NCBI GenBank assembly: GCA_038046385.1
Contig: JBBSWH010000002.1
Coordinates: 1 to 55,875 of the forward strand
DNA: 55,875 nucleotides
Direction: 5' to 3'
Source: Nanobdellota archaeon
GTDB lineage: Archaea; Nanobdellota; Nanobdellia; Woesearchaeales; GW2011-AR4
Part shown: piece after piece, positions 1 to 8,638 of the stretch
Position numbering within the stretch: position 1 is the first letter of the stretch
How the letters are laid out: every line of letters starts with the position of its first letter
Position numbers and translations under genes: made by a program
The notes under the pieces: model-generated
Told to the model about the DNA's origin: nothing
Databases searched by the model: none
What the model saw: the letters and a program-made list of their open reading frames with translations, nothing else

Positions 1-3
1 AAA

Positions 4-50
4 CGACCTGAAGGTCGGGGAATTAAACCCCAGTGCTCGCTACGCTCGCA
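4..50. repeat. Hairpin element at window edge (CGACC-TGAA-GGTCG; GGGG-AATTAAA-CCCC; GCTCGC-TAC-GCTCGC), REP/IS200-IS605-end-like
   Basis: Three adjacent short hairpin modules read directly; GCTCGC module shared with repeats at 25.5, 35.6, 42.4 and 43.8 kb. Confidence 0.55.
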
Positions 51-66
51 TTAAGTATTTATTTTG

Positions 67-116
67 CCATACTAAAAATAACCCACTAGCTTACTATAGA
101 TAGGATAAAATTTAAA
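67..116 (+). repeat. 50-bp direct repeat, copy 1
   Basis: CCATACTAAAAATAACCCACTAGCTTACTATAGATAGGATAAAATTTAAA is near-identical to 572-621. Confidence 0.85.
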
Positions 117-129
117 CCAGAAATTTTCC

Positions 130-516
130 TTATTTAAAAGTTTTAGAAGCACTATTATCGGGTTTGGGAATAAAAAACAAACTAATAAAAAGTAAGATTG
201 TAATCACTGAAGACAGATTTATCCCTAGTTTACCAGTGATTTTAAACAAGAGTATACCAATGAGCAAGCCAACCAGCATATAAAGAATTCTTTTCGCCGT
301 TGAAGTCCTCTTTATACCTTTCTTTTGGCTTTGATTATAAGCCATAGCAATACCCATGAATCCCAGAATGCCCACAATAAACAAGATGCTTTGAATAATG
401 CTTATTGTTGTCACATCAAGAAAGCTTGATTGCACTAAACCAAGAAATAAAATCCAAAAGGATCCAAGCGCACCAATAGTCATAAAAACCCAGGACAATG
501 TTTTGTAATTTTTCAT
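130..516 (-). CDS. Hypothetical membrane protein (about 4 TM)
   Basis: 128-aa ORF with four hydrophobic segments; flanked by the 50-bp direct repeat. Confidence 0.75.
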   Translation of the reverse strand: MKNYKTLSWVFMTIGALGSFWILFLGLVQSSFLDVTTISIIQSILFIVGILGFMGIAMAYNQSQKKGIKRTSTAKRILYMLVGLLIGILLFKITGKLGINLSSVITILLFISLFFIPKPDNSASKTFK

Positions 517-571
517 TTTACCAATGTAAACCTGCAGCCTATATAATATTTCTCTTTAAATGATTTCTTTT

Positions 572-621
572 CCATACTGAAAATAACTGCTTAGCTTACT
601 ATAGATAGGATAAAATTTAAA
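572..621 (+). repeat. 50-bp direct repeat, copy 2 (overlaps the purP TATA-like element)
   Basis: CCATACTGAAAATAACTGCTTAGCTTACTATAGATAGGATAAAATTTAAA. Confidence 0.85.
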
Positions 622-644
622 TATAGACCATCCTTTACGGTAAT

Positions 645-1658
645 ATGGCGCAACCAAAATATAAGATAGCAACAATTGGTTCTCATTCTGGACTGCAGAT
701 ATTCAAAGGAGCGCACGATGAAGGCTTCAAGACAATTGCAATATGCAAGAAAGGCTCTGAAACTCCCTATAAAATGTTTGGAGTTGCAGATGAGGTTATT
801 TTTGTTGATTCTTACAAAGATTTTCCCAAAATACAGGATGAGCTGATAAAAAAAAATGCTATTGTCATACCTCATGGTTCTTTCGTAACATATATGGGCT
901 TTGAGAATGTTGAAAAGCTGAAAATAAGCTATTACGGCAACAAGAAAATCCTGAAATGGGAATCAGACAGGCATCTTGAAAGGCAATGGCTCGTAAATTC
1001 TAAGTTAAAAGTTCCGTTATTGTTCAAAAGCCCGAAAGACATTGACAGATTGGTAATTGTAAAGTTCATGGGAGCAGAAGGCGGCAAAGGATATTTCCTT
1101 GCAAAAGATGAAAAAGATTTTAACAAAAAAATCAAGCCGTACAAATTAAGAAAATATGTCATACAGGAATACATAATCGGAGTTCCTTTATTCATCCATT
1201 ACTTTTACTCTTCATTGACAAATGAGCTTGAGATAATGGGAATGGACATAAGATACGAGAGCAACGTCGATTCTCTTGGAAGAATCTCAGCAAGAGACCA
1301 GTTAGTTTTGCCAAAGATAGATCCAAGCTATGTCATCGTAGGAAACATTCCTGTTGTAGTAAGAGAATCGTTTTTGCCAAGGCTAATTGAAATGGGCCAG
1401 AATGTTGTCAAGGAATCGAAAAAATTAGCTCCGCCAGGATTGTTTGGGCCATTCTGCCTTGAAACAATCCTGACGCCGGAAGAAGAGATTTTTGTGTTTG
1501 AAATATCTGCAAGAATTGTCGCAGGCACAAACCCGTTCATAGAAGGAAGCCCTTACACAGCATTGAAATACGATGTGCCGATGTCAACAGGAAGGAGAAT
1601 TGCACGCGAGATAAAGAACGCAATCAAAACAAATCAATTAAAGAAGGTGCTTTGCTAA
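645..1658 (+). CDS. purP: FAICAR synthetase PurP (ATP-grasp)
   Basis: IATIGSHS, IPHGSF, GGKGYF, RYESNVD, GPFCLE, FEISARIVAGTN and MSTGRRIAREI motifs. Confidence 0.93.
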   Translation: MAQPKYKIATIGSHSGLQIFKGAHDEGFKTIAICKKGSETPYKMFGVADEVIFVDSYKDFPKIQDELIKKNAIVIPHGSFVTYMGFENVEKLKISYYGNKKILKWESDRHLERQWLVNSKLKVPLLFKSPKDIDRLVIVKFMGAEGGKGYFLAKDEKDFNKKIKPYKLRKYVIQEYIIGVPLFIHYFYSSLTNELEIMGMDIRYESNVDSLGRISARDQLVLPKIDPSYVIVGNIPVVVRESFLPRLIEMGQNVVKESKKLAPPGLFGPFCLETILTPEEEIFVFEISARIVAGTNPFIEGSPYTALKYDVPMSTGRRIAREIKNAIKTNQLKKVLC

Positions 1659-1659
1659 A

Positions 1660-2157
1660 ATGGAAAAAAGAACAAAAATCATAATACTGGTGATTTCCTC
1701 AATTTTTTTAATTGTTGTTGCATTAGTAATACAAAAACAAAATTTAAAGAAAACAGTAGATGTTTATTTGAGTATGGATACTACAAATCAAAAAGTAATT
1801 GAAAAACTCTCAATTGATAACCCATTCATTACTCTTGAAACGCCAATATTATTTGAAAAAGGACAAAAAGAGGTTATTACAATTGGAATAAAAAATATTT
1901 ACAATTCAGTTATGAATTATAGCATAAAGATTGATTCTTTAGAAACTGGACAAGAAGACAATTTTAAAAGTTGGTTCCAATTCAGTTTTGACTCAATAAC
2001 AATAGAAGCAAATGGTTCTTTAGCTAAAAAGGGTATGATAACCGTCCCAATTGATGCAAAAGAAGGTGAGCATAAATTTGAATTAAGCCTTATTGATGAT
2101 GATGATAAAGAGATAGCAACACGTAAATTGACAATTAATGTAAAAGCTTCAAATTAA
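1660..2157 (+). CDS. Hypothetical membrane-anchored protein, probable beta-sandwich domain
   Basis: N-terminal TM then beta-strand-rich sequence; AT-rich; sits between the two purP genes. Confidence 0.75.
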   Translation: MEKRTKIIILVISSIFLIVVALVIQKQNLKKTVDVYLSMDTTNQKVIEKLSIDNPFITLETPILFEKGQKEVITIGIKNIYNSVMNYSIKIDSLETGQEDNFKSWFQFSFDSITIEANGSLAKKGMITVPIDAKEGEHKFELSLIDDDDKEIATRKLTINVKASN

Positions 2158-2161
2158 AAAA

Positions 2162-3289
2162 ATGATAACCCAAAAACAAATCTCAAAACTATTGGAAACG
2201 TACGACAAGAGAGAGATAACAATCGGAGTTCTTGGAGGCCATTCTGCATTGGATGTCTGCAGGGGCGCTCATTCTCATGGATTCAAAACATTAGTCGTTG
2301 CGCAAAAAGGAAGAGAGAAAGTCTACACAAAATATTACAAAAGAAGAGATAATCTGGGTTTTGTGGATGATGTTATCATAGTCAGCAAATTCTCAGACAT
2401 AACAAAAAAAGAAGTGCAGGAAGAATTAAGAAAGCGCAATACAATTTTCATTCACAACAGATATTTCTGGGTTTACTGCAATTTTAAAGATATAGAAAGC
2501 AAATTTTTAGTTCCAATCTACGGCACAAGGGACATGGTAAAGCTTGAAGAAAGAGACGTGCCAAAAAATCAATATTACTTGCTGCAGAAAGCAGGAATCA
2601 GAATTCCAAAAATCTACAGGGACCCTAAAAAGATTGACAGGTTAGTTATCGTAAAAGTTGCAGAAGCAAAAAGAGGCTATGAAAGGGCTTTCTTCCTGTG
2701 TTCTAGCTACAATGATTACAAAATAAAATCAGAAGATTTGTTAAAAAGCAAATCAATAACAAAAGAAGCATTGAAAAAAGCAGTCATAGAAGAATACGCA
2801 ATCGGCGCGCATGTTAATTTCAATTTCTTCTACAGCCCCTTAACTAATGAACTGGAATTGATGGGCACAGATACAAGAAGGCAGACAAATTTAGACGGAA
2901 TTTTAAGGCTGCCGGCAGCAGAGCAGCTGGAAGTTCTTAACCACATAAAGCCAAAGATGATTGAAACCGGGCATTACACAGTAACTGTAAAAGAATCGCT
3001 ATTGGAAAAAATATTTGACATTGGAGAAAGATTTGTCGCAGCAGCAAAGAAAGAGCACGGCATCGGAATAATTGGGCCATTTGCGCTTCAGGGCGCAGTT
3101 GTTGCAGAAGAAGGAAAGGAAGAAATTGTGATTTTTGACGTCAGCATGCGCATTCCAGGCTCTCCAGGAACATTATTCACGCCATATTCAGGATATCTTT
3201 ACGGATTTTCAATCAGCTACGGAGAAAGAATTGCAATGGAAATTGCAAAGGCGCTTGAAAACGGAAAATTGGACATTATCTGCACTTAA
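2162..3289 (+). CDS. PurP-like ATP-grasp protein (second PurP paralog)
   Basis: IGVLGGHSALD, ERAFF, RRQTNLDG, GPFALQ, DVSMRIPGSPG and GERIAMEI motifs. Confidence 0.9.
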   Translation: MITQKQISKLLETYDKREITIGVLGGHSALDVCRGAHSHGFKTLVVAQKGREKVYTKYYKRRDNLGFVDDVIIVSKFSDITKKEVQEELRKRNTIFIHNRYFWVYCNFKDIESKFLVPIYGTRDMVKLEERDVPKNQYYLLQKAGIRIPKIYRDPKKIDRLVIVKVAEAKRGYERAFFLCSSYNDYKIKSEDLLKSKSITKEALKKAVIEEYAIGAHVNFNFFYSPLTNELELMGTDTRRQTNLDGILRLPAAEQLEVLNHIKPKMIETGHYTVTVKESLLEKIFDIGERFVAAAKKEHGIGIIGPFALQGAVVAEEGKEEIVIFDVSMRIPGSPGTLFTPYSGYLYGFSISYGERIAMEIAKALENGKLDIICT

Positions 3290-3290
3290 A

Positions 3291-3995
3291 ATGAAAAAGA
3301 TAACAGCAATTTTATTGGCAATATCGATTTTAGCATTCGCAGTATACGGAAATTTAGATGATTATCCAAAAATGTTTGTCAAAAATGAAAAATTCAATGC
3401 AGTCATAGTTGTTGGAAATCAGGCGCCTTCAACAGATGCCATATCGCAGAGCAGTCTTATAAGCTTTTTTTCGGATTATACAAACAAGCCATTGCTGGGG
3501 GCTGCAAAATTATCAAGCGAAATAAGCTCGATGGACCAGAACATAATCTCAATAGGGAGCCCGTGCGACAACCCCATATCCTTGAAAATTATGGGTAATC
3601 CAAAAACATGCAATAAAGGGATACTCCCTGGAAAATCTATAATAAAATTATTTGAATATAACGGCTATTCTCATATGGTTATTGCAGGCTATGACGCTGC
3701 TGAAACAAGAAAAGCAGTTAACGGCCTTATTGATTACAAAAGCATTGACTTCAGCCAATATGAAGAAACAGAAGTTGAAGAAGCTGAAAAGGTTGATAAA
3801 ATAATAAATGATATCAATGCCAAAATAGAGGAAAACAAAAAAATTGAGGAAGCAACAAAAGCAGATGAATCCGTAAAAGCTCCGGTTGAAGAAAAGCCGC
3901 TGGAAACTGCTGCTGCAGAAAACAAAACAGAAGAAAAACAGGAAAAAAGCATAATAAAATCAATCATGGATTGGTTAAAATCATTGTTCAGCTAA
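3291..3995 (+). CDS. Short S-layer-domain protein (signal peptide; homologous to both termini of the large S-layer protein)
   Basis: ATG at 3291 (MKKITAILL); LDDYPKMFVKNEKFNAVIVVG, IGSPCDN and MVIAGYDAAETRKA match 35754..38357. Confidence 0.8.
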   Translation: MKKITAILLAISILAFAVYGNLDDYPKMFVKNEKFNAVIVVGNQAPSTDAISQSSLISFFSDYTNKPLLGAAKLSSEISSMDQNIISIGSPCDNPISLKIMGNPKTCNKGILPGKSIIKLFEYNGYSHMVIAGYDAAETRKAVNGLIDYKSIDFSQYEETEVEEAEKVDKIINDINAKIEENKKIEEATKADESVKAPVEEKPLETAAAENKTEEKQEKSIIKSIMDWLKSLFS

Positions 3996-3996
3996 A

Positions 3997-5535
3997 ATGA
4001 TACTAGTATTAAATTTCGGAGGCCAATATTGCCACCTTATCGCAAGAAGGGTAAGGGATTTAGGAGTTTATTCTGAGATAGTCCCTTGCGACATTCCTTT
4101 AAGAGAGATAGGGAGATTAAAGCCTGACGGAATAATACTTTCCGGTGGCCCATCGAGTGTTTACGAGCACAATGCTCCGATGATGGACAAAAAGATTCTT
4201 GAGTTAGGAATTCCAATATTAGGCATATGCTACGGCCAGCAGCTAATAGGCAAATATGTCAACGGAGAAGTTATCGGCAATAAATTAAAAGAATTTGGAA
4301 AAAAAGAGCTTCGTGTAAAAAAGAACGGAAAGCTGCTGAAAGGGCTGTCAAAAAAAGAAACTGTGTGGATGAGCCACGGCGATTTGGTTGCAAAGCTTCC
4401 AAAGGATTTTGAAGTGCTTGCATCAACAGATACATGCACAATAGCCTCATTTGAAAACAACCAAAGAAAACTTTATGGAATCCAGTTCCATGCAGAGGTT
4501 ATCCATACTCCGAAAGGAAATGAAATTTTCAAAAACTTTTTATTTGATATTTGCAAAGCAAAAAAAGACTGGCACATAAAGAGCCTTGCAAACAAGATTG
4601 TAAAGGAAATAAAAAAAGAAGTCGGAAGCAATTCTGTCATAATGGGTGTTTCGGGCGGAGTTGACAGTACTGTAGCCGCTACTTTGCTGCATAATGCAAT
4701 CGGCAATAAGCTTTACTGTGTTTTTGTTGATCATGGATTAATAAGAAAGAATGAAGCAGAGGAAGTAAAGGATTTCTTCGAGAAGCGCCATAAGTTCAAG
4801 CATTTCTATGCTATTGATGCTTCAAAAATATTCCTGGAAAGACTAAATGGGATTACGGACCCTGAAGAAAAAAGAAAAATCATAGGGCACACGTTCATAG
4901 AAGTGTTTGACAGCAAAGTGATTGAGCTCGAAAAAAAACATCCTGCAATAAAATTTCTTGGGCAGGGAACAATTTACCCTGACAGGATTGAGAGCGCGCA
5001 GCCTTCAAAGCACGCTTCCAAAATCAAAAGTCATCATAATGTAACGCTTCCAAAAAATATGAAGCTAAAAGTTATTGAGCCATTAAAGGAGTTTTACAAG
5101 GATGAAGTCAGAAAATTGGGAAGAGAGCTAAAAATACCAAATGACCTGTTAGACAGGCATCCGTTCCCTGGACCGGGCCTTGCAATAAGGATTCTTGGCG
5201 AGATAACAGAAGAAAGGCTCAAAATTTTAAGGGAAGCTGATTATATCTTCATCGAAGAGCTTAAGAAATCAAAATTGTATAATGAAACCTGGCAGGCGTT
5301 TGTCGCATTATTCCCGGTAAAATCTGTTGGCGTCAAAGGGGACGCAAGAACTTACGAGTATATTATCTCATTAAGAGCCGTAACAAGCCTTGATGCCATG
5401 ACAGCTGACTGGGCAAGGTTTCCCAATGATTTCCTTGAAAGCGTGTCAAACAGGATTCTTAATGAAGTTGCAGGGGTTAACAGGGTTGTCTATGATATCA
5501 CACAAAAACCACCAGGAACTATAGAATATGAATGA
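3997..5535 (+). CDS. guaA: GMP synthase (fused GATase + ATP-PPase)
   Basis: GICYGQQ, QFHAEV, SGGVDS, HPFPGPGLAIR and KPPGTIEYE motifs. Confidence 0.97.
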   Translation: MILVLNFGGQYCHLIARRVRDLGVYSEIVPCDIPLREIGRLKPDGIILSGGPSSVYEHNAPMMDKKILELGIPILGICYGQQLIGKYVNGEVIGNKLKEFGKKELRVKKNGKLLKGLSKKETVWMSHGDLVAKLPKDFEVLASTDTCTIASFENNQRKLYGIQFHAEVIHTPKGNEIFKNFLFDICKAKKDWHIKSLANKIVKEIKKEVGSNSVIMGVSGGVDSTVAATLLHNAIGNKLYCVFVDHGLIRKNEAEEVKDFFEKRHKFKHFYAIDASKIFLERLNGITDPEEKRKIIGHTFIEVFDSKVIELEKKHPAIKFLGQGTIYPDRIESAQPSKHASKIKSHHNVTLPKNMKLKVIEPLKEFYKDEVRKLGRELKIPNDLLDRHPFPGPGLAIRILGEITEERLKILREADYIFIEELKKSKLYNETWQAFVALFPVKSVGVKGDARTYEYIISLRAVTSLDAMTADWARFPNDFLESVSNRILNEVAGVNRVVYDITQKPPGTIEYE

Positions 5536-5544
5536 TTATAGTGT

Positions 5545-5598
5545 CGGTTTTTGTGGGACGCCAAAAATCTTTGATTTTTGAGCGTATCACAAAAACCG
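5545..5598. repeat. Nested hairpin CGGTTTTTGTG..CAAAAATC-TTT-GATTTTTG..CACAAAAACCG
   Basis: 11-bp outer and 8-bp inner perfect inverted repeats. Confidence 0.8.
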
Positions 5599-5622
5599 CC
5601 TGCAACGATAGAATACGAGTGA
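5584..5622 (+). pseudogene. Stranded duplicate of the guaA 3' end (VSQKPPATIEYE*)
   Basis: Translates to the GuaA C-terminus with mostly synonymous differences from 5497-5535. Confidence 0.8.
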
Positions 5623-5666
5623 TAAATACCAATGGTCTTTTAAACCCAGCCGCTATTCTTCATAAT

Positions 5667-5831
5667 ATGGAAAAAATCAAGCCTAATACTTCAGCAAGTA
5701 AGAGGCCCTATAAGATTGTAGGGTTTTGCAGGCGCTGCAAGGAAAGGTTTGCTGTAGATATGGAGCAAAAGTACGCTTCAAAAAATTATTGCAAAAGCTG
5801 CGTAACCAGCTTTAAGAAGGGAGGAAACTAG
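5667..5831 (+). CDS. Small CxxC-x17-CxxC zinc-ribbon protein
   Basis: CRRC-17 aa-CKSC; ATG at 5667; immediately upstream of the cold-shock gene. Confidence 0.7.
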   Translation: MEKIKPNTSASKRPYKIVGFCRRCKERFAVDMEQKYASKNYCKSCVTSFKKGGN

Positions 5832-5832
5832 A

Positions 5833-6027
5833 ATGGTAGAAGGAACAGTAAAATTTTATAACAGCGCAAAGCACTTTGGCTTTATTGCTGGAGAAGACGG
5901 AAAAGAATATTTCGTCCACGAGAGCGGCCTTAAGGCAGGTACGTCAATAACAGAGGGAGACAAAGTTTCTTTCAATGTTGTAGACGGTGACAAAGGCCCA
6001 AAGGCTGATGCAGTAGAAAAGTTGTAA
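5833..6027 (+). CDS. cspA: Cold-shock domain protein
   Basis: GTVKFYN..HFGFI..YFVHES..GDKGPKA; GGAGG RBS upstream. Confidence 0.95.
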   Translation: MVEGTVKFYNSAKHFGFIAGEDGKEYFVHESGLKAGTSITEGDKVSFNVVDGDKGPKADAVEKL

Positions 6028-6029
6028 AT

Positions 6030-6060
6030 TATTTCTTTGTTTTTTTATTTATTTTTTTAA
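6030..6060 (+). terminator. T-rich archaeal-type terminator after the cold-shock gene
   Basis: Long oligo-T tract immediately after the stop codon. Confidence 0.5.
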
Positions 6061-6147
6061 TTCTTGAGTGTCAAGAACCACCAGCAAGAGACTAGTGGAA
6101 TGCTGCTGTCGCAAACTATTCCAGTGGTTCTTGAGCATGCTCAAAAA
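6061..6147. repeat. Nested palindromic element (TCAAGAACCAC..GTGGTTCTTGA; TTGAGCATGCTCAA)
   Basis: 11-bp outer IR 6071-6134, inner TGGAAT/ATTCCA, flanking perfect palindromes. Confidence 0.7.
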
Positions 6148-6164
6148 TTTACACTATTGATTAT

Positions 6165-6437
6165 TTATTTGGAAATTTTTGACATTTTATTTCCCCATCT
6201 CCATCCGGGCTTCTCGCCTTTTCTGTAGAAAATTACAAGAAGACTTGAGACTAACAAAATAATAGTCAGGAAAAATAATTGTGTGTTTGGAAGAATTTTT
6301 GTTGAAAGAATAACAAGAATGGCATAAATTCCAATAATAGCCCACCCTTCCCTACTGCACGGATACCATCCCCAGCCATAAGTTTTTGCTCTAAACCAGA
6401 GATTTTCTTTAGTAGAATGAGCCCTATCAGCATCCAT
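6165..6437 (-). CDS. Small 2-TM membrane protein (WFRAKTYGWGWYP motif)
   Basis: Likely start ATG 6437 overlapping the purF stop; Trp-rich motif followed by two TMs. Confidence 0.7.
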   Translation of the reverse strand: MDADRAHSTKENLWFRAKTYGWGWYPCSREGWAIIGIYAILVILSTKILPNTQLFFLTIILLVSSLLVIFYRKGEKPGWRWGNKMSKISK

Positions 6438-7968
6438 AAGTCCTGCCATGGACTCCTTTTCTGGCATTTTCCCATGCCTTCTTGAAAAGCTTCTTCCCCC
6501 ATGGAGTTGGATATTCTCCAGTGATGCACGCCATGCAAAGATCTTTTGCAGGTTTCCCGATGCTCCTGACAAGGCCTTCAACAGTCTGGTAAGACAACGA
6601 ATCTGCACCAATATCATTTGCAATCTGTGCTAGTATCTTCTTGTCAACTGGCCCACGCATTGGCTTTTTTTCATAATTAGGGATAAGCAATTCTGTCACA
6701 GTCGACATGTCAATACCGTAAAAACATGGCCCCCTTATCGGAGGGCACGAAACTCTGATGTGGACTTCTTTTGCTCCGCCGGATTTCTTGATATAGTTAA
6801 TCAGCTGTCTTGTTGTTGAACCGCGCACAATGCTGTCGTCAACAAGCAGCACTTTTTTTCCTTCAAGTATTTCTTTAAGTGCGGTGTACTTGTTTTGAAC
6901 GCGGTCTTCCCTTGACGAGCCTTCGATGAATGTTCTTCCGACAAACCTGTTCCTCATAAGCCCTTCTGCGGCAAATGCCTTTAATTCGAAAGCCATTGAA
7001 TCCCCTGCAGCTTTTGCAGTATCTGGGACAGGAACAACAACATGGCCCTTGTCTATTTTTTCCGTTTCTATTTTGGCTAACTCTCTTCCCAAATTAGTTC
7101 TTGTGATATACACTGATTTGTTGTCCAAAACAGAGCTTACGTTTGCAAAATATACCCATTCAAACATGCAATGTGCTTTTCTTGGGGAATCTGCATATTT
7201 TTTTATCTGGACTTTCCCATCCTTAACATGTATAAGATGTCCCGGCTGAAGATGCTCATATTCAGTAACACCGCAGTTTATCAAAGCGTTTGATTCAGAA
7301 GCAATAAGAAGCATATCATCTTTCCATCCATAGACTACTGGCCTGAATCCATGAGGATCCCTTAATACAATCATCTCGCCAAAAGCATTCATAAATGCAA
7401 TGTTATAGCACCCATCTAATTTTTGTGCAAGCCTGGTGAAAACCTTTACAAGGTCTGGTTTCTTTGATTTTCTTAATTCCCTTGAGATATAATGCATCAG
7501 AATTTCAGTATCGCTGTCGTAAATTATGTGGTAATCGGATTTTTCAAGCAAGTTTTGCTTTAATTCTGTGTAATTTGCAAGGTTGCCGTTCCAGCAGAAG
7601 CTGAACCATTCCCATTTTCTTCCATGATGCCTTTCAAAAGGCTGCGCAAGGCTTCTTGATTCGCTTCCGGATGTTGCATACCTTACCTGCCCAATTCCCT
7701 CATTGCCCGCATATCTCTTGAAAATTTCTAATGACTGCGCTTTGTCGCTTGTTTTGAAAACTTCATTGACCGGTCCAAGGTCTTTGTATGTATCAAGAAT
7801 TTGTGTTCTGTTTCTGTTGAAGGTTGTAACGCCTGCGCTTAGTTGCCCCCTGTTTTGCTGGTTAAGAAGAAGTTTGTAAAGATAGAATAGAGCCCTGTTG
7901 GCAGAATCGCCGTTTTCCTTGATGTAAACAGCTGCAATGCCGCATTGGTGGTTTGCTTCGTCTGACAT
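6427..7968 (-). CDS. purF: Amidophosphoribosyltransferase
   Basis: Propeptide followed by N-terminal CG, QNRGQ, RYATSG, VDDSIVRG, CFYGID and Fe-S motif LCMAC. Confidence 0.96.
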   Translation of the reverse strand: MSDEANHQCGIAAVYIKENGDSANRALFYLYKLLLNQQNRGQLSAGVTTFNRNRTQILDTYKDLGPVNEVFKTSDKAQSLEIFKRYAGNEGIGQVRYATSGSESRSLAQPFERHHGRKWEWFSFCWNGNLANYTELKQNLLEKSDYHIIYDSDTEILMHYISRELRKSKKPDLVKVFTRLAQKLDGCYNIAFMNAFGEMIVLRDPHGFRPVVYGWKDDMLLIASESNALINCGVTEYEHLQPGHLIHVKDGKVQIKKYADSPRKAHCMFEWVYFANVSSVLDNKSVYITRTNLGRELAKIETEKIDKGHVVVPVPDTAKAAGDSMAFELKAFAAEGLMRNRFVGRTFIEGSSREDRVQNKYTALKEILEGKKVLLVDDSIVRGSTTRQLINYIKKSGGAKEVHIRVSCPPIRGPCFYGIDMSTVTELLIPNYEKKPMRGPVDKKILAQIANDIGADSLSYQTVEGLVRSIGKPAKDLCMACITGEYPTPWGKKLFKKAWENARKGVHGRTYGC

Positions 7969-8158
7969 TTACCCTCAGAGAGATCGAATTAAGCGGTTTT
8001 ATCGCAAAATTCCCCCATGATTTTTGCAAGGCAATCGTGTTATATAAATCTTTCGTCTTGAAAAGTCAAAACTTTATAATTTATATAAAACATTGTTTTC
8101 ACTATAGAAAATAAAGCTTAAAATAAAATAAAGAACCCTCTAAAATAAGAATATTATT

Positions 8159-8254
8159 TTACTTATAGCTCATATCGTCTCTGAAGTCTATAAGCTCCAG
8201 CATTTCGAAGAAGCCGTTCTTCTTTGCCTCTTCGCTCAAATTTATTGTTTCCAT
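8159..8254 (-). CDS. Putative 31-aa peptide METINLSEEAKKNGFFEMLELIDFRDDMSYK
   Basis: Clean ATG..TAA with GAGG RBS; more GC-rich than the AT-rich flanks. Confidence 0.45.
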   Translation of the reverse strand: METINLSEEAKKNGFFEMLELIDFRDDMSYK

Positions 8255-8485
8255 TTTTTTATTCCTCGTGATATACTAATTTTTTACCCTCTATAGTTAA
8301 TTGGGTGTGTTTATACCTTTATATAGTTTATCCTTAAATTTTATAAATACTATAAACATTATATAAAAAAGAAATATTTATAAAGCACTTTAGAATACCT
8401 TATGGATATCATAAAGTTGGGTGTGAATTATATAACAATATAGAAATTGTTTTTTGCCTATAAACTGATGTATAGTTAATTATAA

Positions 8486-8617
8486 CGCAGACTTGCCACT
8501 CGGCACAATCCCCAACTTAAAAGATGGGGTTTTTATTGTGCCTCGTTATTTATAGGCAAGTCTGCGAGATTGTAAATTCATGCTAAATCGTGGGTTTTAA
8601 ACTCATGAATTTACAAT
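8486..8617. repeat. Two tandem long hairpins upstream of the AbrB/PhoU gene
   Basis: CGCAGACTTGCC/GGCAAGTCTGCG (nested GGCACAAT/ATTGTGCC and CCCCA/TGGGG) and ATTGTAAATTCATG/CATGAATTTACAAT. Confidence 0.75.
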
Positions 8618-8638
8618 AAACTTTAAAGGTGGTCTAAC

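Noticed and set aside
5532-5666. N-terminal extension of the zinc-ribbon ORF
   Set aside because: Covers the hairpin and stranded guaA end; ATG 5667 is more plausible.
7969-8040. Purine/ZTP riboswitch upstream of purF
   Set aside because: Only a weak GCAAAA/TTTTGC stem; no recognisable riboswitch consensus.
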